From NCBI GenBank assembly GCA_038087875.1, contig CM075995.1, forward strand, positions 6,946,001-7,010,000: DNA of 64,000 nucleotides, written 5' to 3'. A program made the translations under genes and the position numbers. The DNA is from Malacoraja senta. Taxonomy: Eukaryota. Position 1 is the stretch's first letter. Each line of letters begins with the position of its first letter. A model generated the notes under the pieces. It ran no database searches. It had not been told where the DNA came from and worked only from the letters and a program-made list of their open reading frames with translations. Positions 24,195-37,104 of the stretch are shown in pieces.

Positions 24195-26293
24195 ACATAG
24201 AAACATAGAAAATAGGTGCAGGAGGAGGCCATTCTGCCCTTCGAGCCAGCACCGCCATTCATTGTGATCATGGCTGATCGTCCCCAATCAATAACCCGTG
24301 CCTGGCTTCTCCCCATATCTCTTGATTCCACTAGTCCCTAGAACTCTACCTAACGCTCTCTTAAATCCATCCAGTGATTTGGCCTCCACTGCCGTCTGTG
24401 GCAGGGAATTCCACAAATTCACAACTCTCTGGGTGAAAACGTTTTTTATCACCTCAGTGTTAAAAGGCCTCCCCTTTATTATAAGACTGTGGCCCCTGGT
24501 CCTTTTATAATTTTATATGTTTCTATAAAATCGCCCCTCATCCTTCTAAACTCTAGTGAATACAAGCCCAGTCTTTTCAATCTTTCCTCATATGGCAGTC
24601 CCGCCATCCCAGGGATCAATCTTGTGAATCTGCCTCCATCACAAGGATGTCCTTCCTCAAATTAGGAGACCAAAACTGTACACAATACTCCAGATGTGGT
24701 CTTACCAGAGCCCTATACAACTGCAGAAGAACCTCTTTACTCCTATACTGAAATCCTCTTGTTATGAAGGCCAACATTCCATTAGCTTTCTTCACTGCCT
24801 GCTGTACCTGCACGCCAACTTTCAGTGACTGATGTACAAGGACACCCAGATCTCGCTGCACCTCCCCCTTACCTAACCTAGCCCCATTGAGATAATAATC
24901 TGCCCCCTTGTTTTTGCCGCCAAAGTGGATAACCTCACATTTATCTATATTATACTGCATCTGCCACACAACTGCCCACTCACTCAACCTGTCCAGGTCA
25001 CCCTGCAATCTCCTAGCATCCTCTTCACAGTTCACACTGCCACCCAGCTTTGTGTCATCCACAAACTTGCTAGTATTGCTCCTAATTCCCTCTTCCAAAT
25101 CATTAATATATATGGTAAACAGTTGCAGCCCCAACACCGAGCCTTACGGCACTCCACTCGCCACTGCCTGCCATTCTGAAAAGGACCCGTTCACTCCTAC
25201 TCTTTGCTTCCTGTCTGCCAACCAATTTTCTATCCATGTCAACACCCTACCCCCAATACCATGTGCTCTAATTTTAGTCACCAGTCTCCAGTGCGGAACC
25301 TTATCAAAGGCTTTCTGAAAGTCTAGATGCACTACATCCACTGGCACCCCTTCATCCATTTTACTTGTCAAATCCTCAAAAAATTCCAGAAGATTAGTCA
25401 AGCATGATATCCCTTACATAAATCCATGTTGACTTGGACTAATCCTTTTACTGCTATCCAAATGCCCCATTATTACCTCTTTAATAATTGACTCCAGCAT
25501 CTTTCCCACCACCGAAGTCAGGCTAACTGGTTTGTAATTCCCCGTTTTCTCTCTCGCTCCTTTCTTGAAAAGTGGGATAACATTAGCTATCCTCCAATCC
25601 ACAGGAACTGATCCTGAATCTATTGAACATTGGAAAATGATCACCAATGCATCCACTATTTCTAGAGCCACCTCCCTGAGGACCCAGGGATGCAGACCAT
25701 CCGGCCCAGGAGATTTATCATCCTTCAGTCCCATTAGCCTACCCAATACTATTTCTCGCCTGATGAAAATTTCTTTCAGTTCCTCTACCCCCTTAGATCC
25801 TCTGTCCTCCAGTACATCTGGGAGATTGTTTGTGTCTTCCTTAGTGAAGACAGATCCGAAGTACCTATTCAACTCTTCTGCCATTTCCTTGTTGCCCATA
25901 ATAATTTCACCCGTGTCTGCCTTCAACGGATCCACATTTGACTTTGCTACTCTTTTTCCCTTAACATATCTAAAGAAGCTGTTACTGTCCTTCTTTATAT
26001 TCCTGGCCAGCTTCCCCTCGTACTTCATCTTTTCAGCCCGTATTGCCCGTTTTGTTTCCTTCTGTTGTCCTATGAAAGTTTCCCATTCCTCTGGCTTTCG
26101 GCTACTCTTTGCTGTGTTATACATCTTTTCTTTTAGTTTTATTCTATCCCTAACTTCTCTTGTCAGCCACGGTAGAATCTTTCTTCCTTTTTGGAATGAA
26201 ATGATCCTGCATCTTCCGGATTATGCCCAGAAATTCCTGCCATTGCTCGTTCCACCGTCATTCCTGCTAGGATCCCTTTCCAGTCTACCTTGG
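24195..26293 (-). mobile_element. CR1 LINE, 5'-truncated
   Basis: RT pieces in ORFs 25414-26124, 25144-25401 and 24616-25137. Confidence 0.94.
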
Positions 26294-26853
26294 TCCGGTT
26301 TCCACCCACACTACAAAGGTGTGCAGGTTTGTAGGCCAATTAGCTTCTGTAAATTGTCCCCAGTGTGTAGGAAAGAACTAGTGTAGGGGTGATCGCTGGT
26401 CTGCGTGGACTAAGTGGGCCGAAAGGCCTGTTTCCACTCTCTCTCTCTAAACTAAAAGGATCTTAGGCTGCAGTCCTGACATAGAGCACTAGATGGAGCC
26501 ATTCACCAAGTGTAACAGTGATGGGCCTGTCCCACTTAGGCGTTTTTTTAGGCGACTGCTGGCGACTACGACAATGGAATTCACCGAAGTCAGCACCGGC
26601 GACAACCTACGTAACCTGGCGACAACCTACGACATCCTGGCAACAACCTACAACCTGTACAAACTCTGTACAGACAGCACCCGTAGTGGGGATCGAACCT
26701 GGGTCTCTGGCGCTGTGAGAGCTGTAAGTCAGCGACTCTACCGCTGCGCCACCGTGACGGTGTGTGATTACCTTCTACCGGACGGGATCAAGGTGGGGAA
26801 GGTGGAAGGGTGAACTGTTCCATTATTGTGCATTAAACAGAGGCAGTACTTAC

Positions 26854-26937
26854 GTTGATGCATTTCAGGGCCGCACAAGCCGCTCTCTGGAGCTTGACGT
26901 TGGGTTCGAGGACGGCCTTGGTGTAATACAGCAATGC
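26854..26937 (-). CDS. RIPOR2: RIPOR2 exon (84 nt, phase 0-0)
   Basis: Acceptor ttccttccccag|GCA; donor AAC|gtaagt. Encodes ALLYYTKAVLEPNVKLQRAACAALKCIN. Confidence 0.93.
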
Positions 26938-28784
26938 CTGGGGAAGGAAGATAATGGTCATTCAGATGGGCGTTTGGCTTCGGTTGCAAAGCGAACATGC
27001 CTGTTCTTGAATAAGCTCTGAACTACATCGACTTGAAGCTGTTACTTAGATCCTGATTATGGTTCTGAGCATGTCATAAGGTCGTTTATGATAGGAGTAG
27101 AATCAGGCCCTCTCGTCCTGGACTCTCCCACTAGTGGAAACATCCTCTCCACATCCGCTCTATCCAGGCCTTTCACTGTTCGGTAAGTTTCAATGAGGTC
27201 CCAAGAGAGAGGAGTAAAATTAGGCAATTCGGCCCATCGAGCCTACTTCGCCATTCAATCATGGCTGATCTCTGCCTCCGAAGATGTGGAGAGGATGTTT
27301 CCACTAGTAGGAGAGGCTGGGACTAGAGGCCACAGCCTCAGAATTAAAGGGACATTCTTCGAGGAAGGAGATGAGAAGAAATGTCAAAGACAGATAGTTG
27401 GTGATATACACCCACTGAGCATTTTCTCTATTCTATTGTTTACAATGCCCTATGTTTGCATATTTTGTTGTGCTGCTGCAGGTAAGAATTTCGTTGTTCT
27501 ATCTGGGACACATAACAATAAAACACTCTTGACTTGACCTGAGAGAATTATACACAAAATCGGAACAAATCCTACAGATACACATTCCCACTTCTGTCAG
27601 TATTTGCTTTCAGCGGGAAACAGGCCCTTCGGCCCACTGAGTCTACGCCGACAAGCAGTTTTGGGCCCCGTATATCTGAGGAAGGATGAGCTGGCTCTGT
27701 AGAGGGTCCAGAGGAGGTTTACAAGAATAATCCCAGGAATGAGTGGGTTTAACATATGATGAGCGTTTGACGGCACTGGGAACTGTACTCGCTGGAGTTT
27801 AGAAGGATGAGGGGGTACCTCATGGAAACTTACCGAATAGTGAAAGGCCTGGATAGAGTGGATGTGGGGAGGATGTTTCCACTAGTGGGAGAGTCTAGGA
27901 CTAGAGGGCTAATTCTACTCCTTTCACATATGACCTTATGACATACTCAGAACAATCATCAGGACCTAAGCAACAGCTTAAAAATAACTAAGATTTTTTT
28001 TAAAAGAGCGGTAGAAACAAGGAACTGCAGATGCTGGTTAAGACACAAAAGGACACAAGAGTGCTGGAGGAACTCAGGATTTCTGGAGAACATGGATAGT
28101 GGGAGGGTCTAGGACCAGAGGCCGTAGCCTCAGAATAAAAGGACGTTCCTTTAGGAAGGAAGTGGAGGAGGAATTTCTTTAGTCAGAGGGTGGTGAATCT
28201 GAGGAATTCATTGCCACAGAAGGCTGTGGAGGCCAAGTCAATGGGTATTTTTAAGGCAGAGATTCTTGATTAGTACGGGTATCAAGGGTTTATGGGGAGA
28301 AGGCAGGAGAATGAGGTTGAGAGGGAAAGATAGATCAGTCATGATTGAACGGTGGGGTAGACGTGATGGGCTGAAAGGCCTAATTCTGCTCCTATCACTT
28401 ATGAACCCCGTACACCAGCACTATCCTACACACTAGCGACAATTTCCAAACTACAGAAGCCATTTAACCTACAAAACCTGCAGGTCTTTTGAGTGTGGGA
28501 CGAAACTGGAGCACCCGGAGAAAACCCACGCAGGTCACGGGGAGAACGTGCAAGCCTGATGAGACAGAATGGAGAGCAGAAACGAGGGTCTGGTGAGATG
28601 AAAGAGAGGACAGGAACCACGGCCAACTTCATGGATATTTTTAAGGCAGAGATTACTAGACTCTTGATCAGGATGGATGTCAGGGTTTATGGGGAGAAGG
28701 CAGGAGAACGGGGTTAAGAGGGAACGATAGATCAGCCATGATTGAATGGTGGAGTGGACTTGGGTGGATGGAGTGGAGTGGCGA

Positions 28785-29152
28785 TCACGGTAGAGTTGCT
28801 GCCTTACAGCGAATGCAGCGCTGGAGACCCGGGTTCGATCCCGACTACAGGGGAGCTGTCTGTATGGAGTTTGTACGTTCTCCCCGTGACCTGAGTGGGA
28901 TCCTCCATTTTATGGTGTCTTTAATTTGGTCAATATTAACACTCCCAGTGACCTGCGTGGGTTTTCTCCGAGATCTTCGGTTTCCTCCCACACTCCAAAG
29001 ACGTACAGGTTTGTAGGTTAATTGGCTTGGTGTAAATGTAAAAATTGTCCCTGGTGGGTGTAGGATGGTGTAGACGTGCGGGGATCGCTGGTCGGCACGG
29101 ACCCAGTAGGCCGAAGGGCCTGTTTCCGTGCTGTATCTCTCAACTAAACTAG
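28785..29152 (+). mobile_element. HE1-like V-SINE, near full length, with a 45-bp foreign insert
   Basis: tRNA-like head (ggtagagttgctgccttacagc...gggttcgatcc), V-domain, and tail gggcctgtttccgtgctgtatctct-aactaaact. Confidence 0.85.
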
Positions 29153-29247
29153 AATGACGGGCTGAATGGCCTAATTCTGCTCAGAGAACTTGTGAACTGG
29201 ACGACACAGAAATGAAATATCTCTCAACAACACAGGTGAGTTTGTAC

Positions 29248-29450
29248 CTTTTCTCTGAAGGTGTTGTCCATTGAAGCTGTGGTCAGGTAGGAGGAGGTGG
29301 CTTGCACCAGCTCACTGCTGGCTTCCAGCAGAAGGAAAGCTATCATCCTCAACGTCTCCTCCAGGGGATGGAGGCTCCGGGCTGGCTGTGCTTCCAACAT
29401 TTCCAATTTCTCTTCTGGACACATGGAACGAAGTGACTGCTCCAATAACA
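29248..29450 (-). CDS. RIPOR2: RIPOR2 exon (203 nt, phase 1-0)
   Basis: Acceptor cctccatcctag|TG; donor AAG|gtacaa. Encodes VLLEQSLRSMCPEEKLEML...TLRMIAFLLL...YLTTASMDNTFREK. Confidence 0.92.
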
Positions 29451-29502
29451 CTAGGATGGAGGACAAAGAAACACGTGTCAGTCGCATGGTTTCACCACGG
29501 CT

Positions 29503-30032
29503 TGTGTGCAGTTTTGGTCCCCTAATTTGAGGAAGGACATTCTTGCTATTGAGGGAGTACAGCGTAGGTTTACAAGGTTAATTCCCGGGATGGCGGGACT
29601 GTCATATGCTGAGAGAATGGAGCAGCTGGGCTTGTACACTCTGGAGTTTTTAAGGAGAGGGAATCTCATTGAAACATATAAGATTGTTAAGGGTTTGGAC
29701 ACACTAGAGGCAGGAAACATGTTCCTGATGTTGGGAGAGTCCAGAACCAGGGGCCACAGTTTAAGAATAAGGAGTAAGCCATTTAGAACGGAGACGAGGA
29801 AACACTTTTTCTCACAGAGAGTGGTGAGTCTGTGGAATTGTCTGCCTCAGAGGGCAGTGGGGGCAGGTTCTCTGGATGCTTTCAAGAGAGAGCTAGATAG
29901 GGCTCTTAATAATAGCGGAGTCAGGGGATATGGGGAGAAGGCAGGAACGGGGTACTGATTGGGGATGATCAGCCATGATCACATTGGCTCGAGGGGCCGA
30001 ATGGCCTACTCCTGCACCTATTGTCTATTGTC
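29503..30032 (+). mobile_element. CR1 LINE 3' fragment, (ATTGTCT)n-tail subfamily
   Basis: ORF 29506-29958 is nearly identical to ORF 22113-22607. Confidence 0.93.
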
Positions 30033-30130
30033 AAAGGCTCAAGACACAACCATTGGTGTAGGAAGTGACTGCAGATGCTGGTTTACACCGAAGGTAGACA
30101 CAAAATGCTGGAGCAACTCAGCGGGACAGG

Positions 30131-30490
30131 CGAGATGTCCGTCGGGGAATGTTGCCGACTGGCCCGCTGCAGACTGCAGGAGCACTTGCTGAGGTACGCA
30201 CTGAAGCTCGGTGCAGCCAACGCCAAGGCTCGGTGGGGGAGGTCCACAGTCCTTCCGATGTTAGACATGGGGGACAGGGTGTGGTGGAGACGTCCCTCAA
30301 AAAGAAGGGAAGGGATTTCACGCCAGTGGGCCACATGAGTGGCAAGGGTGGGGGGTAAATTTATGTAATCTGTGTAAGCAGTATTGAATGGATGTATAGC
30401 CTTAGAGAATGTCGGACGGAGGTTTGTAAGGATCATGTATTGTATATATTTATTTCTCGAATAAAGTATATTTTGAAATTTTTTTTAAAA
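30131..30490 (+). mobile_element. Tx1/L1-clade LINE 3' end
   Basis: ECCRLARCRLQEHLLRYALKLGAANAKARWGRSTV resembles Tx1 ORF2 C-termini. AATAAA near the end. Confidence 0.55.
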
Positions 30491-30886
30491 CTCAGTGGGA
30501 CAAAAACTCATCTCTGGAGAAAAGGAATGGGTGGCGTTTCAGGTCCAGACCCTTCTTCGGATTGAGTTAGGGGAGAGGGAAACGAGAGATATAGTAGGTA
30601 CATAGAATGAATGAACACAATACTCAATTCCTTCTTCTTATTGTGTAGGAAGGAACTGCAGATGCTGCTTTACACTGAAGATAGACGCAAAATGCTGGAG
30701 TAACTCAGCGGGACAGGCAGCATCTCTGGAGAGAAAGGAATGGGTGGCGTTTCGGGTCGAGACCCTTCTTGAGTCACTGTACAACACAAGTATGACCTCC
30801 TTGCTCCTAAACTCAAATCCTCTCGCAATGAAAGCCAACATGGCAGCAGCTTTCTTCACTGCCACCCTGTACCTGCATACTTAAGA

Positions 30887-31394
30887 AGGGCCTGTCCCAC
30901 TTGCATGCGTTTGGCGCGACCAACCGGAAGCGGAGGTCGCGCTAAGTTTGCGTTTTCTCGCTAAGTTCGCGCGTGACATAATTTACGTCATGCTTACAAA
31001 TCAGCTGGGCAGGAGGCGGGCCGACTGAATTTGACGTCATCACGCAACGCCACGCCGGGCGGTGACGTCATCACGCAACGCCACACGCTAGGCGTACGCC
31101 GTCAAGACGCTGCGTACGATGTCAAGACGCTGCGTACGCCGTCAAGATGCTGCGTATGACCGCAATGCGCCTGCGTGCGTATGCAGGCCGACAGGCCGTT
31201 GGCGCGCGAAGATTTCGGCCACTGCAAGAATTTCGGAGCCCCGCGCGATGTCGGGACCAGCCCCGCACAACTCCATACCCCTCCGCGCTTCTAAGTGAGA
31301 CCGGCCCCACGCAGCCATACGGTGCCCGTACGCCTCAAGCGACCACGAGGTCGCGTAATTTGCGAGCCAAGGTCACGTAAGTGGGACAGGCCCT
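30887..31394. mobile_element. PIF/Harbinger-like MITE (CpG-rich family)
   Basis: TIRs AGGGCCTGTCCCACTT and AAGTGGGACAGGCCCT. TTA on the right flank. Confidence 0.8.
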
Positions 31395-31734
31395 TTACTT
31401 TAAAAAAAAATCTCAGTTTGCTTTGTTGTCACCCCCTCCCAGCTAACAATGATCTATTCTACATTTATCCTTGATCCCCGTCTCTTTTGATGTATCATTT
31501 TCACACCTTGCCCTTTCTTGTCTCCATCTCCCCTGACGCTCAGTCTGAGGAAGGGCCTCGACCCGAAAAGTCACCCATTCCTTCTCTCCAGAGATGCTGC
31601 CTGACCCGCTGAGTTACTCCAGCAGTTTGTGTCCATCCATTGACTTGGCCTCCACAGCCTTCTGTGACTCAGTCATAGTTGATAAGTTAGTTCATGGACA
31701 ATGTTGCTGAATGAAAGAACAAATTATCTCTTAC

Positions 31735-31890
31735 CTTCGTTTGCCAGCCGCGCAAGGTGACTTCCCAGGTCTGATGTGTCGAGGCAGGTCAAGAAGTTGG
31801 AGAATTGCCAGATAGTTATCACCTCGTCTACAGTGGGACTGGGGAACAGCTCTGGTTTATCCAACATCTGATTCATGGCTATTTGAAAGA
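31735..31890 (-). CDS. RIPOR2: RIPOR2 exon (156 nt, phase 1-1)
   Basis: Acceptor ctgttacccag|TC; donor G|gtaaga. Encodes VFQIAMNQMLDKPELFPSPTVDEVITIWQFSNFLTCLDTSDLGSHLARLANE. Confidence 0.9.
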
Positions 31891-32990
31891 CTGGGTAACA
31901 GAAACTCTAAAAATCAGCACGACTCAAGAGTGTTTCATTGTCCTATGTCCCGAAACGGAACAATGAAATTCTTACTTGCAGCTGCTCAACCCGTACTAAT
32001 CAAGAATCTATCCATCTCTGCCTTAAAAATATACACTGACTTGGCCTCCACAGCCTTCTGTGGCAATGAACTCCACAGATTCACCACCCTCTGACTAAGG
32101 AACTTCCTCTTCATCTCCTTCCTAAAGCCACGCCCTTTTATTCTGAGGCTGTGCGCTCTGGACCAAGACACTCCCACTAGTGGAATCATCCTCTCCACAT
32201 CCTCTCTTTCCAAGCCTCACACTTTTCAATCTGGTTCATTCTTCATAAGTTTATAAGTTCTAGGAGCAGAATTAGGCCATTCGGCCCATCAAGTCTACTC
32301 TGCCATTCAATCATGGCTGATCTATCTCTCCCTCCTAACCCCGTTCTGCTGCCTTCTCCTCATAACCCCTGATGCCCGTATTAAAACACTCCAATTTTAT
32401 TGTCACGTGTCCCGAAAGGGAACAACGAAATTCTTGCTTGCAGCAGCACAACAGAATATGTAAACGTAACAATTGAGGGTTGATCTTGTAGAGGTGTTTC
32501 AAATTATAAGAGGAATAGATCGGGGAGACGCGCAGAGTCTCTTGCCCAGAGTAGGAGAATCGAGAATCAGAGGACATAGTTTTAAGGTGAAGGGGAAAAG
32601 ATTTTATCGGAATCTGAGGGGTAACTTTTCCACACAAAGGGTGGTGGGTGTATGGAATGAGCTGCCGGAGGAGGTGCATAGATACATAGAAAATAGGCGC
32701 TGGAGTAGGCCATTTGGCCCTTTGAGCCAGCATCGCCATTCAATATGATCAAAAGTGAAAAGGTGGTTGAGGCAGGTACCATTGCAATGTTTGAGAAATA
32801 TTTGGACAAGTGCATTGTCAGGACAGATTTAGAGGGATATGGGTCATAGGCAGGCAGGTGGGACTAGCGTAGATGGGACATGTTGGCTGGTGTGGGCAAG
32901 TTGGGCCGAAGGGCCTGTTTCCACATTGTACGTCTCCATGGCTTTAACTATGACTCTGAGAGTATACACGGCAGTGGACATTTGGTGTAC

Positions 32991-33152
32991 CTGTCTCGCG
33001 ATGACTTGGACTTGTCTCGTCCACACTTTGGCCAAAATGGCTGCTGAGTTGCTCCGCCAGTCTGCGCGCGGGCACGTAAAATGCACTCCCGGTGGTGGAG
33101 CTCCCTAACCAGCTGGACTGCAACGCCTGGTGTATTTGTAGCAGCGCGGGAA
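32991..33152 (-). CDS. RIPOR2: RIPOR2 exon (162 nt, phase 1-1)
   Basis: Acceptor ctctacttctag|TT; donor G|gtacac. Encodes PALLQIHQALQSSWLGSSTTGSAFYVPARRLAEQLSSHFGQSVDETSPSHRET. Confidence 0.88.
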
Positions 33153-33654
33153 CTAGAAGTAGAGGAGTAAATAATACAGGTCAGTATTTAAAAAATCTGG
33201 GATCCAAGATGGCGCCCAACCCAGGTGACTCTTTGTGCGCTGGTCATTGAAGTGGATCTGCAATCACGCGTTACAATCGCTCCACTCTTTCAGGTAGACA
33301 CAAAGTGCTGGAGTAACTCTGCGGGACAGGCAGCATCTCTGGAGAGAAGGAATGGGTGACGTTTCGGGTCGAGACCCTTCTTCAGCTCCACTCTTTTAAA
33401 TCCGTACTCCTACACTGTGGATAGCTCGATTGCCCAGACCATCACACAAACCAACCTCCCTCCCATTGTCTGAATCAAGATCAGTCTGAAGAATAGACAA
33501 TAGACAATAGGTGCAGGAGTAGGCCATTCGGCCTTCGAGCCATTCAATGTGATCATGGCTGATCATCCCCGTTCCTGCCTTCTCCCCAAATCCCCTGAAG
33601 GGTCTCGACCCGAAACGTCACCCATTTCCTTCTTGGATTTTTGCTGGTACTAAC

Positions 33655-33790
33655 CCTCTAAAATAGGATCGTTGCTCCTCAATTTCTCCGTGTTCATCTC
33701 CGCCACGTTTTCCAGCACATTGATCTGTTGGGAGATCTTATCCAGGAGATTATCTCGAAGGACTGGATATTCTTCAAATGCCAGAAGTTG
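33655..33790 (-). CDS. RIPOR2: RIPOR2 exon (136 nt, phase 0-1)
   Basis: Acceptor tttcgcttaacag|CAA; donor G|gttagt. Encodes QLLAFEEYPVLRDNLLDKISQQINVLENVAEMNTEKLRSNDPILE. Confidence 0.9.
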
Positions 33791-34902
33791 CTGTTAAGCG
33801 AAACAAAAAATCTTGTTAGGATGACTTTCTTCATTTTTAATGCCCTTGCTATAATGTGAGTTATTAAAGAATGAATGAATAATGAATAAGTTTATTGGCC
33901 AAGTATTCACATACAAGTAATTTGCCTTGGTGCTCCGCCCGCAAGTGACAACATGACATGCAGTGACAGTTAGGAATGACACATAAAACATTAAACATTA
34001 ACAATAAAACATTATCGATTAAACATGTGAATTAAATATAATACCAGAGCTAAAGGAGGCTACAGATTTTTGGTTATTGAGTAGAGCTACTACTCGTGGA
34101 AAAAAACAGTTTTTATGTCTGGCTGTAGCAGCTTCGCCTTCCAGAGGGTAGTGATTCAAAGAGATTCTACACAAATAGAAAACCTTTAGGCTAGCAGGCG
34201 ATGACACACGTTACATTGCACATTTCCACTGCTTCCAGTCATAGTCATAAAGCCATTGTCACAGAGTAATACAGCACGGAAACAGGCCCTTTGGCCCAAC
34301 TTGCCCACACCGACCAACATGTCACATCTACACTAGTCCCACCAGCTTGGGTTTGGCCCATATCCCTCTAAACTTGTCCTATCCATGTACGTGTCTTAAA
34401 GGTGGTGATAGTACCTAATCTAATAATTCTAATAAACATTCGAATAAATCAATTTTGTTTTTGCAGTGGGCTGAAAGGCCTGTTTCAATGCTATATCTCT
34501 CAAGTATAAAGTGTAGGATACAACTAGTGCACTGGTGATCATGGATCGGTGCGGACACAGTGGGACAAAGGACCTGTTTCCACACTTTATCTCTTAAGTC
34601 TAAAGTGTAGGATAAACTAGAGTATGGTCTGAAGATGCGTTTGGGCCCGAAACGTTGCCTATTTCCTTCGCTCCATAGATGCTGCTGCACCCGCTGAGTT
34701 TCTCCAGCATTTTTGTGTACCTTAGAGTACGGGTGATCACTGGTCAGCGTGGACTCGGTGGGCTGAATGGCCTGTGTCTCTGAACTAAACTAATCTAAAC
34801 GAGTGACTGCACGATAGATCTGGCCTGGCCACCGCTCTTTACAAACTGGAATGAAATAATGAAAATCTCAATCAAAATGTCAACTAATAGCTCTTCAGTT
34901 CA

Positions 34903-35830
34903 GGGTAGACACAAAATGCCGGAGTAACTCAGCGGGACAGGCAGCATCTGTGGAGAGAAGGAATGGGTGACGATTCGGGTCGAGACCCTTCTTCAGACTG
35001 ATGTCAGCGAAGTGGGCGTTTCAGGGATAGGATGTAGTCGGAGACAGCAAGACTGGTGGGAGAACTGGGAAGGGGGAGGGGATGGAGAGAGAGAGAGCAA
35101 GGGCTACTTGAAGTTAGAGAAGTCAATGTTCATACCGCTGGGGTGTAATCTACCCAAGTGAAATATGAGGTGCCGTTCCTCCAATTTGGGCTAGGCCTCA
35201 CTCTGACAACGGAGGAGGCCCAGGACAGAAAGGTCAGTGTGGGAATGGGAGGGGGAGTTGAAGTGCTGAGCCACCGGGAGATCAGGTAGGTTAAGGCGGA
35301 CTGGGCGGAGGTGTTCAGTGAAACGATCGCCGAGCCTGCGCTTGGTCTCGCCGATGTAGAGAAGTTGACACCTGGAACAGCGGATACAGTAGATGAGGTT
35401 GGAAGAGGTGCAAGTGAACTTCTGCCTCACCTGGAAAGATTGTTTGGGTCCTTGGATTGAATCGAGGGGGGAGGTAAAGGGACAAGCGTCTCCTCTGGTT
35501 GCAGGGGAAAGTACCTGGGGAGGGGGTGGTTTGGGTGGGAAGGGATGAGTTGACCAGGAAGTTTCGGAGGGAACGGTCTCTGCGGAAAGCAGAAAGGGGT
35601 GGAGGTGGGAAGATGTGGCCACTAGTGGGATTCCGTTGGAGGTGACGAAAATGTTGGAGGATTATATGCTGTATGCGACAGCGGATGGGGTGGAAGGTGA
35701 GGATAAGGGGGACTGTCCTTGTTACGAATGGGGGGAGGGGAAGCAAGAGCGGAGCTGCGGGATATCGAGGAGACCCCAGTGAGAGCCTCATCCAGAATGG
35801 AAGAGGGGAACCCCCGTTTCCTAAAGAATG
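34903..35830 (-). mobile_element. Penelope-like element 3' part with GIY-YIG endonuclease remnant
   Basis: FTCTSSNLIYCIRCSRCQLLYIGETKRRLGDRFTEH...VAQHFN and PLILTFHP...AFRRDRSLRNFLV, frameshifted. Followed by the hammerhead-bearing terminal repeat. Confidence 0.9.
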
Positions 35831-36126
35831 ATTCTTTAGTTCTTCAGTTCAGTTTAGTTCAGTTCAGTTTAGTTTATTGTCAAGTGTACTGAGGTACAGT
35901 GAAAAGCAGTGTACCAGTGTACAGTGAAATAGTGTAGGAAAGAACTGCAGATGCTTGGTTTAAATCGAAGGTAGACACAAAATGCTGGAGTAACTCAGTG
36001 GGACAGGCAGCATCTCTGGAGAGAAGGAATGGGTGACACTTCGAGTCGAGGCCCTTCTTCACACTGATGTCAGGGGAGTGGCCGGTACAGAGATGAAATG
36101 TAACAGTGAAATAGTGGTTGCTTTAC

Positions 36127-36289
36127 CTGAAGCAAGTGCTCAGACAGCTGCAAGTGCTTAATGATGGCCAGGTCCAGGGATTCATTGCCCGTGGTCAGTG
36201 GTAGTGGACTTCCAGCAACACTAGAGCCAACTCCTGTGTCTTCTGTCCAAGCCTCACTCACGTGACCTCTGGCAGCCCGATGTGCTGAA
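36127..36289 (-). CDS. RIPOR2: RIPOR2 exon (163 nt, phase 2-0)
   Basis: Acceptor gaaatcag|T; donor CAG|gtaaag. Encodes [54 protein letters not shown]. Confidence 0.93.
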
Positions 36290-36400
36290 CTGATTTCATG
36301 TAAGGCAAAGAATTAATCATATCAATCATTATAAATCATGACTATCATTGTTGCTATTACAGTATATAACCCAGACAAGAATAGTCCAGTTTATAGACAT

Positions 36401-36572
<172 letters not shown>

Positions 36573-36897
36573 GGAAAGTTTATTGGCCAAGTATTCACAT
36601 ACAAGGAATTTGCCTTGGTGCTCCGCCCACAAGTGACAACATGACATACAGTGACAGTTAGGAATGACACATAAAACATTAAACATTAATAATAAAACAT
36701 TATTGATTAAACATGTGAATTAAATAAAATACCAGAGCAAAAGGAGGCTACAGATTTTTGGCTATTGTGGCTGTATAAATGTATATATAGTGTTTATACT
36801 GTATATATGTGGGTGCATCTTATATATATAGTTCAGTATATACAGTATATATGCGTGTGTGTGTGTGTGTGTGTACATATTGTTATTGCATATATAT

Positions 36898-37099
36898 TGT
36901 AGCGGCACCCAGTGGTTAAACTATGTTATGCAGAACCCTCGTCAGAAGTTGGGACTGTCATGTGGCAGGGTTTTTTGAGTTAGGTGTGTTCAGTTAGCTA
37001 GTGCTCTTTGCAACGACAACAACTTATAACCGCTTCTCTCGACCAAGTGCACGTGTATTTCAAATGTCGTGTTGTTAATAAAACTTTTTGCTCTCTGCA
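36898..37099 (+). mobile_element. Possible short solo LTR
   Basis: TGTAGCGG...AATAAA...CTGCA with ATAT on both flanks, although the context is AT-rich. Confidence 0.35.
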
Positions 37100-37104
37100 A
37101 TATA

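Noticed and set aside
28785..28850. tRNA gene
   Set aside because: It is the tRNA-derived head of a V-SINE, with no complete cloverleaf and continuous with the SINE body.
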